From assembly GCF_009914755.1 (NCBI RefSeq), contig NC_060942.1: 64,000 nucleotides of DNA; one strand, written 5' to 3'. Shown here in pieces: positions 1 through 13,219 of this stretch. Position numbers and translations under genes: made by a program. The stretch is from the human T2T-CHM13v2.0 reference genome, Homo sapiens. Under the pieces are notes generated by a model that was not told where the DNA came from, searched no databases, and worked only from the letters and a program-made list of their open reading frames with translations. The stretch's first letter is position 1; each line of letters begins with the position of its first letter.

Positions 1-413
<413 letters not shown>

Positions 414-460
414 CTATGAAAGTTAAGGATACAGAAATTTGGGGAAAAGTCTCAAGAATT

Positions 461-682
461 TATATATATATATATTTATATAACATATCATTATATATAA
501 TTATATATAATTCATATAATAAAATGTAATATAATAAAATATATATAATTCTTGTTATATAATAACATGTAAAACAAGAATTATATATAAATGACATTAT
601 ATATCTATCAATTATATATAACATATATATAAAATACATATATTCTCTTTATATATAGAAAGAGAGAGAGGGAGAGAGAGAC
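461..682. repeat. (TA)-rich low-complexity tract followed by (GA)n
   Basis: ~200 bp of degenerate TATA repeats, then GAGAGA. Confidence 0.9.
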
Positions 683-1504
683 GCATGTACACATATACAT
701 ATCTCAGGATATAAAGGTTTCTTCTCTGGGCAGCTGGATTTTGGGATGTCAACCTGCCTACCATTTGTGTCACCCCTCCCCAGAAGGACAGGTGCAGAGG
801 AAGAGGGGGGAGGAAGATTAGCTCCCTGCTTCAGAGCCCCAGTTCTGGTTACAAATCACTAAGTCTCCACTGGCTGCCCTGTCTTCCCAGGTGAGAGGGG
901 TCCAGTCCTCTTCCATCCCCCAACTCTCAGCCCAGCTAAGCCTCTTCCTCTGCATAAGGCCCAGTTCACACCAGCTCCAGGGGCATCTTCCAAACACTCC
1001 TGGCCTCTCTCCCTTCTTCAGTCTTCTTATTCACTGGGCATTAACACAGTTACTATCTGATCCATCCAATGAATTAGCTTTCTGATTTGCCCTTCCTTTG
1101 ATAACCCCTTAAATGTTGGATATCTTATATTTCTTAATGGTTTCCACATACTGTGCATACAGCAGTCACTCAATAAAGATGTTTAACTGATTGATATTAT
1201 GGAATTATAGCTATGGTATAAAAAACCTATGACAATGAGATTTTCCTCCCTAAAAATGTCTATTGGACATTCTTAGTCTGCAGGTCAGTTCCTGAACAGG
1301 AATTAGGACTGTCTTGTGCTGGGTGACGCTCTGTTTGTTTCCTCTGCTGTCAAATCATCTACATACTCTTTAGGGAGGATCACAGTGGTGGGACAAGGAA
1401 CATTTAAGCCATTTTCCCTTATAACTCCCTCATGAGCTTCCGCCTGTACATTATCTACACTGCTGTAAATCCTTGGTGTTTTTCAATTCAGTTCTAGCAG
1501 GTTA

Positions 1505-1712
1505 CAGGGCTTTGTACACACAGACCTGGGTTTGAAACCTGGTCCAACTGCCTAGTAGCTATAAAATCTTGGGAAAATAAGCATCTCTGGACCTCAGCTT
1601 CTTCATCTTTAAAATATGGATGACTTGGAAGAGTGTTATAAAAGTAAATGAGATAATATTAATGTAAGAAATGTCTGAGGCACAGTAGTTGCCCAATAAA
1701 TGGTTATTATTA
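1505..1712 (+). mobile_element. MIR SINE
   Basis: AGACCTGGGTTTGAAACC..CCTCAGCTTCTTCATCTTTAAAAT..AAATGAGATAAT..CAATAAATGGTTATTATT resembles the MIR consensus. Confidence 0.75.
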
Positions 1713-1929
1713 TTAAAAAGAAGAGGAAGACATAGCAGGAGGAGGAAGAGGAAGGTGTAGGAACATTTCCTAATTTTTCCTTCCATTTGTCTTCTTGGGG
1801 CAGGAAATGCCCCCACTGGCGCTCCTGAGAAAGGTTGGAAATCCCATTTTCTGAGTGCAGTGAGCAAAACCATTCATTTCTGTCCATCTAGGATGATTTA
1901 GATATGGACCTGCCCTCAGGCAGGGCAAT

Positions 1930-2030
1930 GAGCATCTATAGACACTGCAGAGGCAGTGATTTTTGACTTTTATCCAAGAATGGTTCCTGGCACATATGAG
2001 GCACTTGGTAAATGTCTGTTTATTGAAGGA
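1930..2030 (+). mobile_element. L2 3' end fragment
   Basis: CCTGGCACATATGAGGCACTTGGTAAATGTCTGTTTATTGAA. Confidence 0.6.
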
Positions 2031-2276
2031 ACCCCTTCCAGCCCAAAGCCACACAAGATGCACGGTTACCTTTTAGACTCCCCATCATGGTATTCCACAG
2101 GGCCACTGGTGCTGCCCCTCACATTTATCCCATATGAATCTCCTACCGATGTTCAAAAATAACACTGTTGTTTCTGGGCTATGTCAGCATCCAAGGCCAC
2201 CTGGGAGATGGGAGGCTGTCCTGGGCACACCTGGGTACCAGTGCTGACTCCCACCAGCCAGCATGGTGGTCCTTGA

Positions 2277-2882
<606 letters not shown>

Positions 2883-3964
2883 TAGAATAGAAATAAGCAT
2901 GATCTTAAAGTGGTCCTAGGCTTCTTTTCCTTTTTAAAACAAAGGACAGAAGACCAGTGAGCAGCAACAACAAATGTGAATTTTTCTACATAATGTGCAG
3001 CATCCAGGATTGAGGCCAGGCTGCCCCTGGTCACAGGGAAGGAAACAAAACTTTGTCACCAGCCCAAGAAATAGACTATTTATGTGTGATGTGTGTGAGG
3101 GCTGCTCAGTGTGGTTTCATTTCAGAAACACTGTTGTGGCTAGGCCCCCAGATCTAACACCTCCTACAGTGAACAGAGTCCACCTCCGTTGGGTTACACA
3201 TGCCTGGCCAAATGCAGCACTGTTCTCACCCTTCAACCGAACCGTAGTGACGTCTGGCAAGAGGAGTTTGAGGGAGTGAAGGATGAGCGACTTTCGCTTT
3301 TTACTTGATATATTTCTGTATTGTTTTAAATGTCTTATAAATAGCATGCATTACTCTATTGCTTAAAAATACATACATATATATTCCCCAAATTAAAGCA
3401 TGCCTATTCATCAGCAATGAGCTGTTTTAACCGTTTAAACTCTCCATTACTTCCTCCCTCACCTTCGCCTTCCCTGCAGACCACAACCCAAATCCTTGGT
3501 AACAATCACCTATTGGTTTGAATAGTAGTAATCAGAATAGATAACATTCTTAACTCTCCAATGGGCAGGACTTGTGTAGAGAGTTCAGGGGTGAAACCCA
3601 CCCGATCGCTTCATTCTTGTCCTCATGTGGTCATAGCCAACTGGCCCTTGAACGAGAGGCACATGGTCCTAATAAGTTCAGAAGGCCTGTTTCCTGTCTC
3701 AGATGAGAGCTCCGAGGCCTGAGCGGAGGGCGAGCCCGGGGCGCTGGTCACAGCTGGGTCCTCTCCGACAGTAGTACTTTCTCTGTGCATCCCTGTGTTA
3801 CTCATGGCCCAAACCTCCCTTGTGAGTCACGGGCTCTGAGGGCTATGGGGCAGGGCAGTGTGGCCTTTTCCAGGAGGTGTGTCCTGAAGCTACCATCACA
3901 ACGGCCACACCTACCTCCTGGGACTCTGAGTCCCCACTGTGTCTCCCCACAGCCATGCCCCTGC

Positions 3965-4054
3965 CTCAGCCATCCTTCTGAAGAACCCACCTGTCCCCAT
4001 CTGCCCTGCTCAGCCATCCTTCTGAAGAGCCTGCCTGTCCCGGTCTGCCCTGCT
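3965..4054. repeat. 44-bp tandem duplication (2 copies)
   Basis: CTCAGCCATCCTTCTGAAGA..CCTGTCCC..TCTGCCCTG repeated at 3965 and 4009. Confidence 0.9.
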
Positions 4055-4199
4055 GAACACCACCCCACACCCAACTGTCTCCTGCATACCCCCAGGGTCC
4101 TGCGCACTGCTTCTGGGAGGGAGGCAGACCCTAATGGGCAGAAAGGAATGAATCTGGTCACAACAGTCAGAACTGTCAGGGAGGAAATTAGCAAGGCGA

Positions 4200-4380
4200 C
4201 AGGAAAAAGCTAGCAGGGCTTGCACAGGATGTGGCCAGGGAAGCCTCTCTGAGGTCACCTCGATTTGAAGGCCTGGGGGATGAGCAGTAGTGGCCAACTG
4301 AAAGCAGGGAGGAAGGCATCCGGGCCGAAGTGACAGGCCCAGAAGCCCTGAGGAGACACATGTGTGCCATGGCCAAGGCA
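4200..4380 (-). mobile_element. L2 fragment
   Basis: CAGGGAAGCCTCTCTGAGG..GGGAGGAAGGCATCCGGGC..GCCCTGAGG, typical antisense L2. Confidence 0.55.
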
Positions 4381-4399
4381 CAGAAAGGCTCTCCCCTCC

Positions 4400-4820
4400 C
4401 CAGATCCGCAGGCTGATTTGGCGAACGATCTATTCCTGTATCTCCACTCTGTGGTCCAACAGGCACCTCAGCCTTCATACATTCAAACCAATGCCCAGTA
4501 CGCCTCCACCACCACCTTGCCAAACCCTGCTCTTCACACAACATTCTCCATCTCAGTAAAGGCAACCTCATTCTTTCATTGCTCGGAACCCAAACCTAGA
4601 AGTCATCCTAGACTCCCCTCTCTCAAATCCTAGTGCCTCAGATATCCTACCATGTCTCCCCACCTCCACTGCTATCAGCCAGTTCTCAGCCATCATCATC
4701 TTGCACCTAGATCATGGCAAGAGCCCCTGGTCTTCTTGCTTCCTCCCCACCCCTTGGCACCGTTGTCCCCCAGCATCCCCATGGCTCACTCCCTCACTTC
4801 CTTCTGGTCTCTGCTCAGAC
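4400..4820 (+). mobile_element. L2 fragment
   Basis: ACAGGCACCTCA..CCATCTCAGTAAAGGCAAC..AAACCTAGAAGTCATCCTAGACTCC. Confidence 0.65.
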
Positions 4821-4944
4821 AGCTTAGTGAGGCATGCTGTCTTTATGCAAATGGGTAGTGCATTCTAAACAGGATCATTTGGAGCTTATCTGAAAGTTAA
4901 TGGAAAAATCAAAGAAATGGAAAGACACCCAAACACAGCACGTG

Positions 4945-4947
<3 letters not shown>

Positions 4948-4993
<46 letters not shown>

Positions 4994-5002
4994 TGTGTGT
5001 GT
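4948..5002. repeat. compound (CT)n(GT)n microsatellite
   Basis: read directly from sequence. Confidence 0.97.
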
Positions 5003-5005
5003 ATA

Positions 5006-5326
5006 CAGTTGCCCCTCAGTACCTAAAGGGGATCTGTTCCAGGACGTCCATGGGTTGTCAAGTCTCTTATATAAAATGGTGTCGTGTTTGCCTACAACCC
5101 ATGCACATCCTCCTGTATATTTTAAATCATCTCTAGATTACTTGTAATATCAAATACAATGTAAATGCTATGTAAATAGTTGTTATACTGTACTGTTTAG
5201 GAAATAATAACAAGAAAAAAAGTCTGTACATGTTCAGTACAGATGCAACCATTGCAGGCCTAAACTGCATTGTTGACCCACAGTTGGTTTAATCTGAGGA
5301 TCTGGAACCTGTTCATGCAAAGGGCT

Positions 5327-5331
<5 letters not shown>
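5006..5331 (+). mobile_element. MER2 (TcMar-Tigger MITE)
   Basis: TA|CAGTTGCCCCTCAGTA..GGGGATCTGTTCCAGGAC..AAATCATCTCTAGATTACTT..AAAGTCTGTACATGTTCAGTACAGA..GGGCTGATTG. Confidence 0.8.
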
Positions 5332-5361
<30 letters not shown>

Positions 5362-5440
5362 GTGGTTTACTAAACATTACATATTATTATACATATTATA
5401 TTATACATATTATGCATATACATACATATATATACACATA
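5330..5440. repeat. (GT)n plus TA-rich tract
   Basis: read directly from sequence. Confidence 0.9.
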
Positions 5441-5449
5441 GTGGTTGAC

Positions 5450-5625
5450 CAGCAGTGGCTGCCCTGGGGTGGAGGAGTGAGGGTGATGTTCTGTTTCTTG
5501 CTCTGGATGCTGGTTATGGTATACAGAATGGTTGGTTTGTACAAATCCATCAAGTAGTATATTTATGATATATGCACTCTTCCCAATTTGTATTTACAGG
5601 TCAATACAAGTTTTTTTTTTTTTAA
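5450..5625 (+). mobile_element. old L1M 3' end fragment
   Basis: GATGTTCTGTTTCTTG..TTTGTACAAATCCATCAAG..GATATATGCACT. Confidence 0.55.
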
Positions 5626-7198
5626 AGAAAGCTTCGCTAATATGAGATTTGCATTTGGATGGAGATACACAGCCAACGCACACTCCCTTTCTGCAACATT
5701 TGAGAGCAAAATTTAGTATCCTGATGAAACTCAGTAACTAATTGGCACTTTATCTCTCTATGCAAAAGACTTACCATCCCGTGGTTGCACTGGTCAGGAT
5801 CGCATCAAACAGCAATATTGATAAGCCAGCTGTGATTATCTGTAGAAATAATTTCAACACAAGGTCATCATACCAGCAGGGCTCTGGAAACCTCCAATGT
5901 CATTTTTTTCACAAGCTTAGCTCACTTGAGTTCGGATGCCTGCCATCAGGCACTTCGTTCCACTTCCCGTGTCCTTTTCCCCACACGCTTCCTAGTCAGC
6001 CCCCTGTACTTAGCGGTGCCTCTGAGCCAAGCATTTGGTGTAGAAAAGGCTAAGTCTTAGTCTGTTTTGGAGGTGAGAATGTTCAAAGAAGCATTTAACT
6101 TCCAAATTCTTCAAAAGGGAGGCGCACAGCCAAGGCCGCCCTCATCTCTCTCCAGGGAAGGGGTATATTAAGAAAACTCATTTCCATTTTGTCTCAGCAG
6201 TGCAGAACTCGTCTCCAAGGTCAGATGTGCTCATTAACCTGTTCTCGGATCCTCCAGATAAAAACTTATCTGTCACCCAGCCTTTGTCCAATGCACCATC
6301 TCTCCGTCCTCACCTAATGCTCCCATCTTTCTGATCCATGACACATTCTAAGAAACCAGGTGCATCCTGGGGAAAGGAGTGATTAAATCATTAATTAATT
6401 ATTTGCAAATATCTAGAAGCCAGAGGAGAGGGAAGAGGTTACCTCCACATCTCTCAAGGCTGGAAATTCCAGAAAGGTGTCTCAGGAATGGCAGCCACAG
6501 GACTCAGACCCCAGAAGTGCCTCGAACCCCCCAGCACCAAGAGAGTGTGTGAACCAGTGGCCCCGCTCTGTCCACACTTGGAATGTCTGCTTAAGGAAAG
6601 ATGTTTCTGGCTTCCAGTCTTCCACATCCTGCAGGTCAAAACAGCTTCCATGGGGAAGGTAAGCTTAAGAAACTGCTTTCTTGCAGTGAGAGGTGGGATG
6701 TAGGCCAGGTTGGGAGAGGTTCAGCTACCATCTCCCTCAAGGGGATTTCATGTGCTGTCTTGGAGGCCTCTTTGGGTCTCCAAGCTGGGAGCAAGGCAGC
6801 AGACAGACAAGCAGAAGGAAGGAGTATGTTTATGAACCTCATCGTCACTCATTACCATCTCAGAAAGAAGTCTGGAACTACAAATACAGAATTCTCATGA
6901 TAGGATATAAACATGGTGAGATTTTGGAACTTTTCTTTGTAGTTAAGTCATTTGGTATCACTTTCTGCCTCGCTTTATTGATTTGTAGCAAAAACCTTGA
7001 TTACAAAAAAAGACCTGGGTATTGTCCTCAGGGGCAATAAAGAAGTAGAAGCCCAGCCAGACAGACAATTACAAGAATACAAAGCATAGGGAAAGAGATT
7101 TCTCTAAGTGGAGACTAGTGGTGGCTTTTTCTCAAAGATCATATTGAATGACAACTTCTGAGCTGATGCGCATGATGAATGTCCCTCTTTTCTCTTCC

Positions 7199-7487
7199 CT
7201 TTTTTTTTTTTTTTGAGACAGGGTCTCGCTTTGTCGCCCAGGCTGGAGTGCAGTGGCGTGATCTCAGCTCACTGTAGCCTCGACCTCCCAGGACTCAAGC
7301 ACTCCTCCCGAGTAGCTGGGCCTATAGGCATACACTGCCACACCCAGCTAATTTTTAATATTTGTTTGTAGAGACAACGTCTCACTTTGTTGCCCAGGCT
7401 GGTCTTGAACTCCTGGGCTCAAGCAATCCCACCCGCCTTGGCCTCCCAAAGTGCTGGAATTATAGGCGTGAGCCACCGTGCCTGGCC
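7199..7487 (-). mobile_element. AluJ
   Basis: GAGACAGGGTCTCGC..GTAGCCTCGACCTCCC..CTCCTGGGCTCAAGC. Confidence 0.9.
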
Positions 7488-7569
7488 CTTCTTTTTTTTT
7501 TTTTATTAACATTTAATTTAGGACTTCTGCATCTATGGTCATAAATGAAGTGGACTAAAATGTTATTAC

Positions 7570-7650
7570 CTCTCAATGCAATTGTCTGGTCTTGGAAACA
7601 ATGTTGTACTAACCACATAAGTGAGTTCATCAGCTTCTCTGCTTATTATC
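7570..7650 (-). ncRNA. candidate lncRNA exon 2 (81 nt)
   Basis: Minus strand ctataactgttgcag|GATAAT...GAGAG|gtaata; the 243-nt intron to candidate exon 1 is GT-AG; no transcript data seen. Confidence 0.45.
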
Positions 7651-7893
7651 CTGCAACAGTTATAGATGATCTTGACTCTGAAAGTTACCCGTGACTTGAA
7701 GGCCCCTGGATCTAGATCTCCTAGCTGGGGGTGATCTTTAATAGCTATTAGCCTAATCAAGTCTTCTCTTTCTCATTGTTGCATATTTTCCATTTTCACT
7801 TTTCCTCAAAATGTATTTCATCTAGGTCTCCCAATTCATTAATATTTAGCTGTTTGAAGAAATATTTTACATTGTTTGTGCCTGTTTGATTAC

Positions 7894-8098
7894 CTTCCTT
7901 TTTTGTAATGTTTCTCTTCATTCCCCCCACCCCCTTCATTAGTCTTGACTGAAGTTAACTATGTTGTTAGTCATTCTTTCCTTTTGCAACTTCTTAGACA
8001 TGGCCTGGGACGGTGCCAATGGAGATGTATTTCTTGGACTTGCTGAGAAAGGCTCCATCCCACTGATGGATGTTGGCTGTGCTGGCAGCTCCGCATAA
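7894..8098 (-). ncRNA. candidate lncRNA / pri-miRNA host first exon (possibly the MIR29B1/MIR29A host transcript, unverified recall)
   Basis: Lies just downstream of TATA/CCAAT on the minus strand and ends at donor AAG|GTAATC (7894/7893); repeat-free, no long ORF; TSS position approximate. Confidence 0.5.
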
Positions 8099-8780
8099 TG
8101 GAACACTTCGCTTGATTTATAAAGGACCCAACTTGTCATTTCTATGTCCTCACCATTGTCTTTATTGTCCTTGCCTGTTTTTACCCGCTGTTCAAGGCCT
8201 TCTTTGATTGGCTTCTCTCCTTGTTCTCTGACTGCCTAACTCAGGTGACTTTCAGTCCAGCTGGTAAAAAGGGACAACTGCCCTGTCCCCCACCATACCC
8301 ACAGCCTGGGATTTGTGCCTCTGCTCCTCCGTGAGCCTCTTTAGCTTAGGAGGAATCCTGTCTGCCGTGAGATAGATAGCTGGTCTGCTCATTCCTCTGA
8401 AATGCACCTTTTGCCAAAAAAAACACATCTTAAAAATTTTAAACCAGCCCTTACTTGAAAAGAAGGTTGGTTTAGCAGCCACTCCGGTGCCTTCGCCGTC
8501 TGCCACTTCCTGGAAATGTTTGTATAGTCTCCTGCCTTCTCCTGAGTCACCTTTCCAAAATTCAAAATTCTCAAGTTTTATCACCTAAGGAACAAGTGTG
8601 CTGCTGCCTGAGACCCTTTATCTTATTTCTGTAGAGAATGTAGACTGAAGTTGTTTGCACCGTGGGACAACTGTGGGGTTGGACGGGCCCATTTTTAATC
8701 TATTCGGTACAGGCAAGACTCCTCTGAAAGGATGATGTGTTCTCTCCCCAGCACGTGGTTTCTACGTGCGTGATGCCCCA
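8090..8780 (-). promoter_or_regulatory. Pol II promoter/enhancer
   Basis: TATAAAT 8115-8121(-); SOX-type ATTGTC pair 8154-8169; TCF/LEF CTTTGAT 8202-8208 overlapping CCAAT(-) 8207-8211; ETS/STAT CACTTCCTGGAA 8504-8515; AP-1 TGAGTCA 8543-8549; CACGTG 8752 and TACGTG 8763. Confidence 0.65.
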
Positions 8781-8940
8781 CTACTGTCCTATTAATCAGT
8801 GATCTGTTTACAAGCCTATCTCCCCTCTCTGCATTGTGAACTCTTAAGGTCAAAGACTTGGAAGCCATCCCAGGACCAAGGTCAGTGCCGCAGAGCCTGG
8901 CTCAGTCACATTCGACAAAGGGTGGAAAGAACCTGAGCCA

Positions 8941-9375
<435 letters not shown>

Positions 9376-12074
9376 TCATGTGCTTGAAAGCTCAAAATTT
9401 GCTCTGAGACATGTAGGAACATGTAGTGTCAGCACACAAAACAAAATCTTTTATCATTAAGCCCAAAACAAGCATTTAAAAGCAAAGGGGTAAAATAGGG
9501 AAAAGAAAAAAAAAAAGGAGCCCCCTGTGACTCTGGAGCACTTGGAGGCTTACAAAGGAATGCACTGGTGTGAGTGTGTGACAAGAAGCAAAACTTTAAT
9601 TCCTGACTTCCAGCTCCTGGGTGACAAGGTCATCCAGGATGATCAGTAATTCTACTAAAAACACACAGGTGTGAAATCTACCCAGTTTTCACTTCCTGCC
9701 TAGCCCTTGAAGAGCATCATTGCCACCTCCCCATCATTTGCTGAGCACTAGTTGTGGGAATGCATTGCTTTTCCCATTTGTACCAGGGGCTTCCTGAGTG
9801 ATCCACCTGGTGGTGGGACCTAGAGCACAGGGCCCCCAGGTATTAGCACTGAGGATGGAACCACTGAAGCTGCCTCTTCGCTCCCCTCCTCTCTCACTGC
9901 ACCCCAACCACCCAAGGCCACACAGTCCACTGAGTGGAACCTTGCTTTGGTCCTGACTCTCAAGCCACACCAGTCTCCCTCTTTGTGCTCCACACTTGAC
10001 TCTGATCTCCAACCCAGGGAAGGGAGCTTTCTAGGCTGCCTGGCTCTGGCCAGACCTTGGCCTTATGACTAGAACCTTGACTGACGCCCCACAGAACTAG
10101 GACTAATAATCCAGAAGGACTCTCCACTGAGTACTGACCATTGCCTGGATTTCCAGCCCTGTGTCCGATCTTCCAGGTTTAGAACTTAACTATGATGCTC
10201 CAGCGGACACTACACACAGCACCCACCAGCTGCACCTTCAGAGCTCCAGAGCCAGCCTCCACAAGAATAGCCTCTTAGGCTTGGACACACCTTGGAGTGA
10301 CAGTCTCCCAAATTCTAGCCATCCTTGCCTTCCTCTTCAGAAATGCGTGCAAAAGGCCTCATGCTCCAAGGCTTTAGGTGTCATGTCACTTGCTCCACAG
10401 TTAATCAGTGGATTGGTCTCCTGTTGCATCAAGCAATCCTTTCCTCTAAGTAACAGAAATCGATCCCAGTGCATCTCACTGTGTGGTCATGGGATAAAAC
10501 CAAGCTCCCAGTATTCCAGGGCTGAGAGTCATGCTCCAGATGTTAACAAGCCTACTGCAATGTGCTTACCCTGGGGGGGGCTACTAAGTGCTCTGACACC
10601 ACCTTCAATGAGATAATATTCACCAAAGAACAAGAGTCTTTCTCATACATTACATTTTGTACTCCAAAAATGTTAGTAAAAGCATAAACATTTTTGAAAA
10701 ACCCTCTTGAAATGACTAAAATCTGCCCATGAGAAAACTTTCAATTTACTCTTGCAACTAGCCATTCAAGAAGACCTAAGAAATAGTCATCACCTGTACT
10801 ATCAATTGGTGTACTTGCTTATAAAAAGCACTTTAAAAAACAGATTTTTCCCAAAGAAGAAAGAGTCTTGTCATCTGAGGAATGTCTCCTTCTCACACAC
10901 AGACCCGAATAACAAACCCCAGGACCTGCCACAGGCAGAGGGGTGCCAACAACAGCAGAACTCAATACGAGGTGTCAGCCGCAGGGCTTTGAACTTCCTA
11001 GCTTTGTCAACGGCTGGCACAACCTCTGTGTTATTTAAACAGATTTTGGTATTTAAAGCAGATCAGGTTTGTTTTTCAAACATTCATTTCAATCCTGAGA
11101 CAAATTTTCCATTTAAGGGGAAAATGGTGGTGGTGGTGGGGGGTGTTGTAAGTAGGAACCTGCCAGATTATCAGGTATTTGGGAGACAATCAGAGATTTA
11201 GGTTTATTGTTCTATTGGTTTTTAAATGCATATGACTCTTAAGAAAAAAGTGATGCATACAAGACTCTCCCTTGCCTGCTTCTTCAGCCCAGTTACAGCC
11301 ATGTACCTCCCTTTTAAAGGGGTTGCAATTTTTCAAACACAGTTTCCTACCATCATCTTGCTTTTGCTCAGCAAGTTCTCTCTGCCTGGAAACATTTCAT
11401 AGGTCTGCCGATATAGCCGACATAATTCCTACTCACCATTCAAAAATCCATCTTGAGAAAACTTTTACTGAACTTGGCCCCCGTCCGCACACCCAACTGG
11501 ATCAAGCACTTCCTCTCAAGGCTCCCACAACCCCTTGCCATCGCACATGCCAAACCCTATTTGCAATATGTGGTCTTCTCCCAATCAGGGCATGTGCTAT
11601 TCATCTTTGAACGTTCAGGGGCTAGCAATAGAGACTTGCATGTGATAAGGGCCTGATAACAGTTTCTGCACCAGATAATCAGAGCTGGTAATATAACCTT
11701 TAAGGTCACAATGCTGTTTTGTTTTGTTGTTTAATCCTTTTTCATATATTTGGGAAAACTGGAACCAAGGACTTGAGAACCACTGGGACATTCTCTCTAC
11801 CCCTTATCCTTGACCAGTTCCCTCCACAGAGTTAGAAAGAGCCTCACAGAGCGGATCTAAGCCTAGATCTCTCTGGATTCTAGTCCCAAAATGCCAGGGA
11901 CGATTCTAATTGGCTCCTGGACCAACTGACTGGGGCCTGGGAGGCAGAGTCATATAAGAATAAGGAAGCTCACTCAGGAACTTCATGGTTGGAAGAAGGA
12001 AGGAACATTTTATTGGAGGAAGGTATGGGAAGTGCTGGCAGGCAGAACAACAGGTACTTTCTTCTATCTGCCAT

Positions 12075-12225
12075 GCAAAGTGTGGTCACAGACAAGCAGC
12101 ATCAGCAACACCTGGGAGCTTGCGCGAAATGCAGAATCTCAGGTTCCACCCCTGACCTACTAAACAGCATCTGCACTGGCACAAATGCCCAGGTGATATG
12201 CATACACGTTAACATGTGAGAGTTC
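12075..12225. mobile_element. MER5 (hAT-Charlie MITE)
   Basis: CAAAGTGTGGTC..AGCAGCATCAGCAACACCTGGGAGCTTG..GAAATGCAGAATCTCAGG..ACCTACT. Confidence 0.8.
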
Positions 12226-13009
12226 TCTTCTATACCCTCCAACTCCAGCCACAAGGCTCCAGAATGACTTCCTCCAGCTGGTGTACAAACACGCTGCACT
12301 GCTACCTCTCCAGGGACGGGCGGACTCCAGCTCTCCCACAGGCCACAGAGTTGGAGGTGTATTTCAGACAGTCTTGGAGTCTGTCTGTGTTGCAGACTCA
12401 CATATGAATGTTACCAACCTGGTCTTCCTTCCAGGTTAAAGAGTAAATCTAATATAAAATTTATCATCTGAGAGCAGGCTCTTTTTCTCCTAGAACCCAT
12501 AGAACTATTCCAAGTCCACTAGATAGAAATCACAGCCTATACTCATAACTCTATTCGGCATTAAAAAATTTCAATTAACCGTTATTACCCATCCTATGAT
12601 TTATTACCACAATCAGGGTAATTATTAACAAGGGACAACTCATGTTAAACTCCAGGCATGGCTATTAACAGTATTTAATATTGCCTCATCAAAATATATG
12701 AACCATTAATCTTGCCAGATATCAGAACAACATTTATTATAAGCACAATGGGATTGAGAACACAGATGAGGAACAAAAGGAGATTAGGTTCATGTGAAGG
12801 AAGGATAAATTTTAAACCTAGAGAAATCTTAGGTGACTTTTAACAAACTCCTACATCTTATAGAAGCATCAACAAGAGAATTAAACTAGAAAACTGTGAC
12901 ACGAGTATCTAGTTCATGAAAGATAAGGGAAGAAAGTAACCAAAATGTGATGAGGGCATAAAATGTCCCAGACACCAGGCTCTGCTGTGTCACAGAGAAA
13001 ATCTCACGT

Positions 13010-13160
13010 GATCCCTACAACATCCCTGCACAGGAGGCTGCTTGGCCCCATTTCTACAGATGAAGAAACTGAAGCTCACAGAGGAGAACTATCTTGCTCA
13101 AAGCATACAGTTTAAACAAAGGAAGAGTTGGAACTAAAACCCAGGTCTCCTGAGTCCTGT
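13010..13160 (-). mobile_element. MIR
   Basis: CCCATTTCTACAGATGAAGAAACTGAAGCTCACAGAGG. Confidence 0.8.
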
Positions 13161-13219
13161 GGCACTCTCCTTTCTAACTCCAAGCTAACACTCAACAGTG
13201 GCTTTGCTTAATCCTGGCT

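Noticed and set aside
3785-4633. Cluster of overlapping 120-140 aa ORFs
   Set aside because: GC-rich L2/tandem-repeat DNA open on both strands, no recognisable domain
7939-8139. 66-aa ORF across the promoter
   Set aside because: Its first ATG lies upstream of the predicted TATA/TSS; only internal sORFs were kept as speculation
10161-11656. Run of + strand ORFs (151, 149, 112 aa)
   Set aside because: Non-ATG starts, no recognisable homology, no consistent splice pattern
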